Source: Thermomicrobiales bacterium
Lineage (GTDB): Bacteria; Chloroflexota; Chloroflexia; Thermomicrobiales; UBA6265
NCBI GenBank assembly: GCA_035305265.1
Contig: DATGPC010000323.1
Coordinates: 1-35,567 of the forward strand
Length of the DNA stretch: 35,567 bases
Direction of reading: 5' to 3'
Numbering within the stretch: the stretch's first letter is position 1; each line of letters opens with the position of its first letter. The position numbers and the translations under genes were made by a program. Below the pieces are notes generated by a model. That model saw only the letters and a program-made list of their open reading frames with translations, did not search any database and was not told where the DNA came from. This document shows, in pieces, positions 18,188 through 27,433 of the stretch.

Positions 18188-18231
18188 ATGACAAGAACCC
18201 CGCCCCCAAATGGGGACGGGGTTCTTGTCAT
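18188..18231. terminator. Bidirectional terminator hairpin between the convergent PBP and Lrp genes
   Basis: 15-bp arms ATGACAAGAACCCCG / CGGGGTTCTTGTCAT. An inner CCCC/GGGG extension leaves a 4-nt loop. Followed by TTT on the plus strand. Confidence 0.7.
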
Positions 18232-18248
18232 TTCCTGGTATGGCGGGA

Positions 18249-18803
18249 TTACTCTTCCGCGACCTCAGCCTCGGACCGAGCCGGCTCCGCCATCGGGCGA
18301 GGCGTGCCTGTCCGCCGGCGACGACGCGTCAGCCGCGTCCGCTCGCTCACGGTCCCTTCCGGCGGCACGATCGGGGCGCCGACGATCGGTGTCGAGAGCA
18401 CGATATTCGTCGAGCATTTCGCGCCGACATCCTGCAGGTCGTCGACCAGTGACTCCAGATCATCGGTCGACGCAAGGTGCGCCTTGACGATGAACGCGAA
18501 GTTCCCGGTCACGCGGTGGCACTCTTCAACCGCCGGCTCTGACCGAAGGCGGTTCAGGAAGGCATCGTAATGGCGGCGGTCCAGCTCGACGTTGATCAAC
18601 GCCGTCAAGGAGCGTCCGATCGCTTCCGGATCGACCACCGCGCGGTATCCGGCCAGCACGCCGCGCTCCTCGAGGCGGCGCACCCGCTCGATCATCGCGG
18701 GAGACGACAGCCCTACCCGCTCGGCCAGCGACTTCATCGTCAACCGGCCGTTCTGCTGGAGTTCCAGCAGTATTCGCTCGTCAAGCGTATCCAGGCTTGC
18801 CAT
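18249..18803 (-). CDS. Lrp/AsnC-family transcriptional regulator with a ~40-aa basic/acidic C-terminal extension
   Basis: LDERILLELQQNGRLTMKSLAERVGLSSPAMIERVRRLEERGVLAGYRAVVDPEAIG is an HTH plus RAM-domain layout. The tail is RTRLTRRRRRTGTPRPMAEPARSEAEVAEE. Confidence 0.9.
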   Translation of the reverse strand: MASLDTLDERILLELQQNGRLTMKSLAERVGLSSPAMIERVRRLEERGVLAGYRAVVDPEAIGRSLTALINVELDRRHYDAFLNRLRSEPAVEECHRVTGNFAFIVKAHLASTDDLESLVDDLQDVGAKCSTNIVLSTPIVGAPIVPPEGTVSERTRLTRRRRRTGTPRPMAEPARSEAEVAEE

Positions 18804-18908
18804 CGCTCCACCTTGCTTTCTTCATAGACTCGGGCGAGGTTCCCGGCACTCTACCGGCTCGGTTGGCATTCGCCTCCGGATGCCCGCCCCTCAGACCAGA
18901 TATCGTAG

Positions 18909-18953
18909 TCAACGCATATCAACGGATTTCAACGATCAATGCTCGTGTTGATC
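18909..18953. promoter_or_regulatory. Helically phased repeat cluster upstream of the Lrp/AsnC gene (candidate operator)
   Basis: TCAACG at 18909, 18919 and 18929 (exact 10-bp period), overlapping the inverted repeat GATCAA-N8-TTGATC (18934..18953). It lies in the lowest-GC intergenic stretch of this part of the window. Confidence 0.35.
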
Positions 18954-19064
18954 CGGAAGGAAGTATACGGGATGAAGGAAAATCTCTCGAGTCATCAGCG
19001 CGTTTTGCGAACGAAAAATGAGCAATTTCGCCCGATACAGGATCCTACCATACGGCGATGATCG

Positions 19065-19802
19065 CTATCGCGTCGCCTTCGCGCGGTCGATTGCACTACG
19101 ATGCGCGCTTTCCTCAATCGAATCGTCGATGGTTTCCAGATCGGCCATGCCGTACCGCCTATTAAGCCCCGCCTTAATGAGCCAATCGGTCACCCGAGGA
19201 TTCTTCGGCAACAATGCGCCATGCAGGTAACAACCAATGGCGTTCCGGTACATCGCGCCCTCGGTGCCGTCCTTCCCGTTGTTCCCGCGCCCGACCACCA
19301 CCTTCCCGAGCGGAGACGCGTCACCATGTAGCTCCGTCAGGCCACTGTGATTCTCGAACCCGACCAGCGTGCCGAATTCGGGCGAGTCGATGACGACGTT
19401 TCCGATAAAGCGCTCAGGTCCTGCGACCGACACGGCATCGAAGACACCGATACCCGGAAGCGGCTCGGCATCATGTGGACGGTACTCATGGCCTAGCAGC
19501 TGGTAGCCGCCACAGATGGCCAGCATTGCCGCGCCATTCTCGATCGCCGCCTTGAGCCGGTCGCCCTTCTCGCCCTGGATATCGCGCGACACGGCCACCT
19601 GCTCCTGGTCCTGACCGCCTCCCCAGAAGAAGATGTCGATATCATCCGGGATCGGCTCGCCGAGGCCGATCTGGCGAACCTCGACGTCGATACCGCGCCA
19701 GCGGGCCCGCTGCTCGATCGCCAGCACATTGCCCCGGTCGCCATAGATGTTCATGGTCGCGCCGTAGAGCCAGCCGACCACCAGCTTCCGATTCGCATCC
19801 AC
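19065..19802 (-). CDS. gatD: Lipid II isoglutaminyl synthase, glutaminase subunit GatD (CobQ-type class I amidotransferase)
   Basis: Track ORF 19065..20006 trimmed to the GTG at 19802, preceded by GGAAGGA. NIYGDRGNVLAIEQRARWRGIDVEV, nucleophile context AICGGYQLLG, and YLHGALLPKNP. Lies 19 nt downstream of murT. Confidence 0.85.
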   Translation of the reverse strand: MDANRKLVVGWLYGATMNIYGDRGNVLAIEQRARWRGIDVEVRQIGLGEPIPDDIDIFFWGGGQDQEQVAVSRDIQGEKGDRLKAAIENGAAMLAICGGYQLLGHEYRPHDAEPLPGIGVFDAVSVAGPERFIGNVVIDSPEFGTLVGFENHSGLTELHGDASPLGKVVVGRGNNGKDGTEGAMYRNAIGCYLHGALLPKNPRVTDWLIKAGLNRRYGMADLETIDDSIEESAHRSAIDRAKATR

Positions 19803-19821
19803 CCGGGACGTTCCTTCCACG

Positions 19822-21264
19822 TTACTGCTCCCAGAATTCCGTGACTGCGCCGCGTTCCGCAAGCGTCTTCCGCAAGGCCAGCATCGCGGTGTAGGTCGGG
19901 AGGATGTAGCCCCCCTCACCTTCGGGGATCGCCTCGACGAACGCGTCGAGCGCGGTCGAGACGTCAGTGTCCAGCTGATGAATACGCGCGACGTCCACAC
20001 CGGCATACTTCAGCCGATTGGCCATATCCGCACCGCGGAGCCCCGATGTCGAGAGCGTGCCCTCTCCCTTCGCGAGGAGCTCGAAATCGACGTCCCAGAG
20101 CCAGGAGACATCCCGACCGTCGGCGTCGAGATCGTTGATCGCGATCATGGTGGGAAGCTGGAGCCCGCCCGTCTCGGCGGTCAGCATCCGCAGCACCTCG
20201 TTGAAGCCCGTCGGGTTCTTCACCAGCGCCAGCGTCAGCTCGCGACCCCGGTAGGTCAATCGCTCAATCCGCCCGAACGCGGAGCGGAACGCATCGAACG
20301 CACCGGTCAGCACATCCCACGACACGCCGGCCTCGCGCGAGACCGCGGCCGCGGCGAGCGCATTGTAGGCATTGTACAGACCCGGCACGCCGATCTGGAT
20401 ATCGTGGTCACCGTCGGCGGCTTCACCGATCCGCATCGAAAGCGACGTCACGCCATGCAGCTCGATCGTGCTGCCGACGTAGTCCAGCGCGGGCCGCGCA
20501 CGACCACATCCGGTGCAGTACCAGTCGCCGAGATGGGACACATACAGGGCGTGGTAGCCAAGGTCCGCGCCGCAGACACGACAAATGGCCGCGTCAGCAG
20601 CGTGCGGCAACGCGTCCAGGCGATGCTTCTCTTCATTTAGTCCGAAGCAGACACGCCGCGCGCGGATACCATCGGTGATCGCGACGAGCGTTGGGTCATC
20701 CCCATTGACCACCACGGTGGCATCGGCAGGAAGATCCTGCAGCATCGCCCGCCAGGTCTTCGCGATCGTGTCCAGCTCCCCGTAGCGATCGAGCTGATCG
20801 CGGAACAGGTTGTTCAGCAACAACACGCGGGGCTGCACCCGCCGGACAAGCTCGGGCAACGCAGCTTCATCGGCCTCGATGACGCCGATATCGCCCCCGA
20901 TCGACCCGAGCAACGATGCCCGCTGGATGAACGCCGCGATGACGCCGCGCACCAGGTTGGATCCCGACCGGTTATGCACGACTCGCCACGGCACCGCCTC
21001 GAAGACGTCCGCGATCATGCGCGTGGTCGTGGTTTTGCCGTTCGTTCCCGCCACGACGACGGCGCCTTCGCCGAGTTGGGAGGTGAGCTTCCGGAGCAGG
21101 CCGGGGTCGAGCCGCTCGGCGACGAGTCCGGGCGCCGCCGTGCCACCGCCACGCCCCATCCGGCGAATGGCGTTGCCGGCAACCTTTGACGCGATGAGGG
21201 CGGCGACAAGCCGCGCATCACGCGTCGCGGTCCTGCCCGTAGCTACGGCGTTCGTATCAGTCAT
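19822..21264 (-). CDS. murT: Lipid II isoglutaminyl synthase, Mur-ligase-like subunit MurT
   Basis: Mur ligase P-loop VVVAGTNGKTTTTRMI. Cys-rich ribbon CRVCGADLGYHALYVSHLGDWYCTGCG, characteristic of MurT. C-terminal DUF1727-like region. Followed by gatD. Confidence 0.88.
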   Translation of the reverse strand: MTDTNAVATGRTATRDARLVAALIASKVAGNAIRRMGRGGGTAAPGLVAERLDPGLLRKLTSQLGEGAVVVAGTNGKTTTTRMIADVFEAVPWRVVHNRSGSNLVRGVIAAFIQRASLLGSIGGDIGVIEADEAALPELVRRVQPRVLLLNNLFRDQLDRYGELDTIAKTWRAMLQDLPADATVVVNGDDPTLVAITDGIRARRVCFGLNEEKHRLDALPHAADAAICRVCGADLGYHALYVSHLGDWYCTGCGRARPALDYVGSTIELHGVTSLSMRIGEAADGDHDIQIGVPGLYNAYNALAAAAVSREAGVSWDVLTGAFDAFRSAFGRIERLTYRGRELTLALVKNPTGFNEVLRMLTAETGGLQLPTMIAINDLDADGRDVSWLWDVDFELLAKGEGTLSTSGLRGADMANRLKYAGVDVARIHQLDTDVSTALDAFVEAIPEGEGGYILPTYTAMLALRKTLAERGAVTEFWEQ

Positions 21265-22069
21265 TGGCTACCACTATCCACACGGTCTCAAGCTTCTCAA
21301 AATCCACTGGAGATTGAACCATGATCTCGAGCTGGTCGCTCTGCGCGTTGAGCTGCGGCTCACCGACGACGACCCCGATCGGAAGATGCGACGGGATCTG
21401 GGCGGTCGCTGACTCCGACACGTCGGACGTGACGATCCACTCCTGGTCCTGCGGCGTCACCGCCTTGTCGACATGCTGCATGCTCAGGACGTTGCTCGAG
21501 CTCCGCGTCCCGTACACGACGCCGTCACCGCGGCTATCGAGCAGCACGGCGCCGACGCTCGCGCTCGGGTCCGTGATGAGCAGCACCTTCGCCCGGTTCT
21601 CCTCCACCTCGACGACCTGCCCGACGTAGTAATACGGGTTCACCACGGCCATCCCGACCCGGAGGCCGTCGGCGGATCCACGGTCGATGATGATGATCTG
21701 CTGCGTACCGCTCGGATCACGCCCCAACACGTTCGCGGCAAGCGGCGTCAGGTCCGGCCTCTCCTGCTGGAAGCCTGCCTGCTCCTGCAGGACCCTGGCT
21801 TCCTCGAGCTGGCCGATCAACTGGGCATTCTCGGCGCGAAGCGCTCCGTTTTCCGCCTGCGCCGTCGCAAGCTGGGACGCCAGCGCGGAATCATCCGGCT
21901 CCGCGCGCCCGATCTCCTCGAAACGGGTCACCACCGGCTGGAACACCTCGCCCATCCCTTCCCGCAGGGGGTCCAGGAGGGCACGCCGATCCATGATGAG
22001 CACGACGAGGCACAGCAACGCAAAGAGGCCCAACGAAATGAGGACCCGTCTGATCGGAACCGTCGTCAT
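21257..22069 (-). CDS. mreC: Rod shape-determining protein MreC
   Basis: N-terminal TM segment, a coiled-coil segment (LATAQAENGALRAENAQLIGQLEEARVLQEQ), then the beta-barrel region IIIIDRGSADGLRVGMAVVNPYYYVGQVVEVEENRAKVLLITDPSASVGAV. Downstream of mreB. Confidence 0.9.
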   Translation of the reverse strand: MTTVPIRRVLISLGLFALLCLVVLIMDRRALLDPLREGMGEVFQPVVTRFEEIGRAEPDDSALASQLATAQAENGALRAENAQLIGQLEEARVLQEQAGFQQERPDLTPLAANVLGRDPSGTQQIIIIDRGSADGLRVGMAVVNPYYYVGQVVEVEENRAKVLLITDPSASVGAVLLDSRGDGVVYGTRSSSNVLSMQHVDKAVTPQDQEWIVTSDVSESATAQIPSHLPIGVVVGEPQLNAQSDQLEIMVQSPVDFEKLETVWIVVAND

Positions 22070-22149
22070 CTCCCGGCTCTTCCGTCATGTTTCCGGGCAC
22101 GGCAATACATCGTCCGACTCCCGGGGATCACGAGATCCTGCGACACGGC

Positions 22150-23205
<1,056 letters not shown>

Positions 23206-23592
23206 GGACGTGGACCTCCGGAAGGAAGCAGGTAAGGACGATCACGGCCGTATGAACCGGTCCGGACGTGCCTGACCAACTCCTGACCGTTCATAATTTC
23301 GGGATAACGCGGGCCGGGAAATGGCCTGTGAATTGGGATGCAATGGCGGCCCTGCGCGGGCTCCCGGGCGCGTGACGACGTCATCGATTCCAGCAAGAAT
23401 GACGACGCAATTCGCACCCTGAAGTCGGCGGGAGTATATCACAGTCACCCATCGCCACTCTCCAGGAGGAGACCCGCAAGCAATCGCGTTCGCCCGGAAA
23501 ACGCGCCGACCGGAACCCTATCGCTCCCTCCACCCTTCCCATAGAATGCACCATGACATGAGCGGCACGGACGAGAAAGGCACCACAAGCAC

Positions 23593-24390
23593 ATGACCAC
23601 TTCGCAGGCCACCAGACGATGGGACGCGGTCCGGAACATCTACGACGACCGGCCCGAGGGCACCAGCATCGGCATCTCGATTCGCGATCTTCACACCGGC
23701 GAGCAATTCGACATCAATGGTGAGGAGGACTTCGCCTCCGCCAGCACCATCAAGATCCTCATCCAGGTCGGCCTCGCCCGCGCATTCGATGAAGGCCGCC
23801 TCCATCCTGACGACAAACGAAAGGCTCCCAGGGAGATCCGCCTCGAAGGAAGCGGCGTCATGAACTGGCTGGATCCCGACCTCGAGCTGACGCTGCGGGA
23901 CCACGCGTGGCTCATGATCGCCATCTCCGACAACAGCACATCGAACGTCTGCATTGACGCCGTCGGGATCGAGGCGATCAATGCGGCCGGTGCGGAGATC
24001 GGTGTCGGCGCGACCCGACTGGGCCGCATGTTCATGGGGTCGAACGCGCCTGCCGGCCCCTCAAAGAACCGGGCGACGGCGAATGGACTGGTCGCCATCC
24101 TCACCGCGATCGAAGAGGACCGCGCTGCCTCGCCCGAGCAGTGCGCCTGGATGCGCAAGTGCCTGTCGGACCAGCAGCACGTCTCCCGGCTGCCACGACA
24201 CCTGCCTGATACGGTTTCCTACCGGGGCAAGACCGGCACGATCAACCTCATCGCCCATGACTGCGGCGTTCTGAGCGGCCCGAAGGGCGATCTCGCAATC
24301 GCCGTGCTGACCCACGGGTTTGAAGATGAATACGAAGCGGATGCGTTCATCGGGCGCATCGGCACGGCCGCGGCCCAGTCCATTGCCTGA
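23593..24390 (+). CDS. Class A beta-lactamase-fold serine hydrolase, apparently cytoplasmic
   Basis: SxxK (ASTIK), SDN (AISDNSTSN) and KTG (RGKTGTI) motifs in the canonical order. No signal peptide. I could not find an omega-loop ExxLN motif. Confidence 0.75.
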   Translation: MTTSQATRRWDAVRNIYDDRPEGTSIGISIRDLHTGEQFDINGEEDFASASTIKILIQVGLARAFDEGRLHPDDKRKAPREIRLEGSGVMNWLDPDLELTLRDHAWLMIAISDNSTSNVCIDAVGIEAINAAGAEIGVGATRLGRMFMGSNAPAGPSKNRATANGLVAILTAIEEDRAASPEQCAWMRKCLSDQQHVSRLPRHLPDTVSYRGKTGTINLIAHDCGVLSGPKGDLAIAVLTHGFEDEYEADAFIGRIGTAAAQSIA

Positions 24391-24396
24391 GGCCCG

Positions 24397-25353
24397 TTAG
24401 GCGCGATTCCGGTCCATCGGCCGAACGACGCTGCCGGCGCGCCAAGGCGCCAGCGGCGACGTGGCGGTCTGGACCGGCACGCCTCGCTCGGCGAGACGTT
24501 CCATGAGCTGCATGGCGGGGCTGGATACTCGACGCGCGTCTCGCTGCCCTCCAACCAATTCGAACGCCAGGTCGAAGCGGTGCCCGAGAGCATCGGCGAT
24601 CCCGATCGAGACCCGGTCGCCAACCCCGTCACGCGCCTGGACGATGTCGGTCAGCTCGATCCGGTTCAGCCCGGCGTGGCTCGAGGCGGCCCACATCAAC
24701 GCGGACTCGGTGAACCACACGCGACAATGATCTCGCGTCGCGCCAAACCATCCCCCAACAGCGGCGATTCCGTCTCCCGACCAGACGATGCCCTCGCCGG
24801 CAAATGCCTCCGCATCGCTCCAGCTGACCCAGGGAGTGGTCATCCGGCCAGCGAGCGCAGAGGCGATCGGTGTCACGCCGCGTTCGATCAGGAACTCCAT
24901 CATCTGGTCGGCGCGTGTGATGCCGGAGATTCCCCGGGACAACCCGCGGCAATCAAGGAAGAAGGACCCGGTCCGGTCGCCATCGCGGTACCAGATCCGG
25001 AGCCCAACGTTGTACCCGCCCCCCGGACGCACCCGGGCGACGGCGACGATGTCGCGCATGGGAAGCGCGAAGCCGTTGGGCGTGCCTTCGCCCACGACGA
25101 GATATCGCACCGTCGCGAGAACGCGGACGTCGTCGAGCCGGTTCATGACGCGCAGCGCGCCCGGGAATCCTCCAAGGACGTTCACCGGAATCTCGACCCG
25201 CGTCGTTCCACGCTCGATCAGCCAGCGCGGCGGGGCAACGGCCTCACGCCGGGGAAGCGACGGGGAAAGCGGAATTGCCTCCGCGACGACCGCGACAAGA
25301 CGATCCACCCCTCGGAGCAATTGCTCCGGTCGACTCCCGACGTTGATAGCCAT
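24397..25353 (-). CDS. Hypothetical protein (318 aa) with an apparent internal two-fold repeat
   Basis: Track ORF 24397..25416 trimmed to the ATG at 25353 (MAINVGSRPEQLL...), preceded by GGGGGAAG. Coding-like composition. I recognise no family. Confidence 0.6.
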   Translation of the reverse strand: MAINVGSRPEQLLRGVDRLVAVVAEAIPLSPSLPRREAVAPPRWLIERGTTRVEIPVNVLGGFPGALRVMNRLDDVRVLATVRYLVVGEGTPNGFALPMRDIVAVARVRPGGGYNVGLRIWYRDGDRTGSFFLDCRGLSRGISGITRADQMMEFLIERGVTPIASALAGRMTTPWVSWSDAEAFAGEGIVWSGDGIAAVGGWFGATRDHCRVWFTESALMWAASSHAGLNRIELTDIVQARDGVGDRVSIGIADALGHRFDLAFELVGGQRDARRVSSPAMQLMERLAERGVPVQTATSPLAPWRAGSVVRPMDRNRA

Positions 25354-25623
25354 ACATCTTCCCCCGCCCTCAACGGTGTCCGTACAAGCGACGCCCGTAT
25401 TGTGCCAGAGGGTCACAGATCAGTCTACCATCCGTGAACGTACAGTACTGACAATCCTATGGGTATTGCAACAAGCCGGTTGACTTCAACAGCACTTGAC
25501 GACGTAGGGTGTGACCGATACCTGTGTATCCGGATCCCGTCTCGACGCTGTGGGATATCCGCCGAAACAGCCCGCCGGGACCGCGCCGTACGAGATGGGG
25601 AATATCTTCAGAGGTGCCAGTAC

Positions 25624-26346
25624 ATGCATATTCGACACGTCACCATTTCTGTTCCCGATCCGGCCGAGACAGCCCGTTTCCTGACCAGTCTCTTCGGCTT
25701 CCCCCTGGACCACGCACATAGAGGCGAGTCGCTGAGGCTCGGAACCTCGAGGCTCAGCTTGGTCGAAGGCTCTATGGAGCCGAACGGCTTCTATCACCTC
25801 GCCTTCGAGATCCCGGAGAACACCGTTTACGCAGCCCGCGACCTGCTGGCGGCCCGCATCCCCATCCTGGATGCGGGTGACAACGGCATCGTCGCCGGAT
25901 CACCCGCGTGGGATTCCCATTCCGTCTATTTCAATGCGCCGGGAAACCTGAATCTCGAACTCATCGGCCGCCATCGGTTGCCGAATGCAATCACCAGCCC
26001 CTTCTCGCTCTCGGATATCCTGAGAATCAGCGAGGTCGGTGTACCAGTGGAGAACCCTTTGGTAGCCGCCCAGGAACTTCAGGATCAGACGGGCTTCATC
26101 CCGTTCGGGGAGCCGTCCGAGATGTTCGCGCCCGTAGGCACCGACGACGGGCTGCTCATCCTCGTAAAACATGGCCGCATCTGGTTTCCGACGGCGGACC
26201 AGACCACAACCCGACGTCCCTTGCGCGTCGAAAACGATGGGATCGATGGGACAGTCGTCGTGGAGTCTGGGGACCACGGAGCACGTCCGACCTCTTCATT
26301 GTCAGTCAGGAAATCCGCAGATGCAGGGCGAGGGAATGTATCGTAA
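25624..26346 (+). CDS. VOC-superfamily protein (glyoxalase/bleomycin-resistance/extradiol dioxygenase fold), two modules
   Basis: Track ORF 25459..26346 trimmed to the ATG at 25624. MHIRHVTISVPDPAETARFLTSLFGF ... FYHLAFEI ... SVYFNAPGNLNLELI is typical of VOC beta-alpha-beta-beta-beta modules. Confidence 0.7.
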   Translation: MHIRHVTISVPDPAETARFLTSLFGFPLDHAHRGESLRLGTSRLSLVEGSMEPNGFYHLAFEIPENTVYAARDLLAARIPILDAGDNGIVAGSPAWDSHSVYFNAPGNLNLELIGRHRLPNAITSPFSLSDILRISEVGVPVENPLVAAQELQDQTGFIPFGEPSEMFAPVGTDDGLLILVKHGRIWFPTADQTTTRRPLRVENDGIDGTVVVESGDHGARPTSSLSVRKSADAGRGNVS

Positions 26347-26522
26347 CCTACACCGCTGAAGAGATCGATGAGATGAATGCTCGCGGCGAAACCCTATCCT
26401 GACCGGGATCGCGCACAGGCTCACGTGGGAACGGGACGCGGATGAACACCGCGCTCCGCCAGGTCATGGAGCATGAGACGTCGCGCTCCTGACACCGCTC
26501 ATACGCCGAAAGGAGAAACCTC

Positions 26523-26948
26523 TTGGGCTCTACACCGACGCATCTCCGTATCGGACGACCGTCCATGGACCTTGAACGGGCCGAGCGGTTCTGGACACAA
26601 GGCGTCGGCATGTCGACGCTATACCGGTCCAGTCGAGCCGATCCCCTGAACCTGGTGATGGTTGGCTTCCCGGATGAGGCGTGGCATATCGAGCTCACAC
26701 ACGATCCCGGCAACGCACATGTCCCGGAAACCACCGACGAAGACCTCGTCGTGCTCTATTTCGATGGCGAGATCCCGAGCGGCCTGATCGATCGCCTCTG
26801 TGAGCACGGCGGGACACCGGTGCGACATTCGAACCCGTACTGGAACGAGTGGGGACACACCTTCCGCGATCCGGACGGATACCATCTCGTTCTATGCCGG
26901 CGCGGCTGGACAAACACTCCGCTTCCAACGCCTGAGGAATCCGCATGA
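26523..26948 (+). CDS. VOC-superfamily protein (small glyoxalase-like, YycE-like)
   Basis: TTG at 26523 after AGGAGA. LRIGRPSMDLERAERFWTQGVGM ... WHIELTHD ... GHTFRDPDGYHLVL. Confidence 0.65.
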   Translation: MGSTPTHLRIGRPSMDLERAERFWTQGVGMSTLYRSSRADPLNLVMVGFPDEAWHIELTHDPGNAHVPETTDEDLVVLYFDGEIPSGLIDRLCEHGGTPVRHSNPYWNEWGHTFRDPDGYHLVLCRRGWTNTPLPTPEESA

Positions 26949-27433
26949 GCAGCGACATCCGCACTACCACCATAGACTCGCCGGTCGGACCGCTGCGTAT
27001 CACCGCATCCGGGAGTGGCATCAGGGAGATCCGCTTCCTTGAGGACCCACTCGATGACGTCGCTGAGATCGCTGGCCCCATTGTCGATGAGCTGCTCGCC
27101 TATTTCGCGGGCGAGCTCCGGGAGTTCTCGGTCGAGACCGATCTGGACGCTGTCTCAGAGTTCACGCGAAAGGTTCTCCTTGCCACGGCGGAGATCCCGT
27201 ACGGCGAAACGGTGAGCTACGGAGAGATCGCGAAGAGGATCGGGATGCCCGGAGCCACCCAGGCGGTCGGCAACGCGCTCGGCGCCAACCCGGTACCGAT
27301 CGTGGTGCCATGCCATCGGGTGATCCGCAGTGACGGCTCGATGGGATGGTTCACCGGCGGCCCGCACATCAAACGCGCACTCTTGCGGATCGAGGGCGTG
27401 GACTTCCCGGAGCAAGCCACCCTACCGCTGTAA
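26945..27433 (+). CDS. ogt: Methylated-DNA--protein-cysteine methyltransferase (Ogt/MGMT)
   Basis: Active-site PCHRVI in VVPCHRVIRSDGSMG, plus the helix-turn-helix YGEIAKRIGMPGATQAVGNALGANP. The start ATG overlaps the upstream stop (ATGA). Confidence 0.92.
   Translation: MSSDIRTTTIDSPVGPLRITASGSGIREIRFLEDPLDDVAEIAGPIVDELLAYFAGELREFSVETDLDAVSEFTRKVLLATAEIPYGETVSYGEIAKRIGMPGATQAVGNALGANPVPIVVPCHRVIRSDGSMGWFTGGPHIKRALLRIEGVDFPEQATLPL

Noticed and set aside
16191-18209. 672-aa minus-strand ORF
   Set aside because: It is antisense to the class A PBP gene, whose catalytic motifs are unambiguous. It has shadow-ORF composition (Arg/Gly/Val/Asp-rich).
23206-23592. 387-bp intergenic region between mreB and the beta-lactamase-fold gene as a possible sRNA or riboswitch
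   Set aside because: It has only short local hairpins and a TGACGACG direct repeat. I recognise no known RNA family, there is no terminator-like 3' end, and I cannot assess covariation from a single sequence.
23593-24390. Calling this gene a beta-lactam resistance determinant
   Set aside because: It has no signal peptide and no recognisable Glu166-type omega loop. The fold assignment is solid, but a resistance function is not supported by the sequence.
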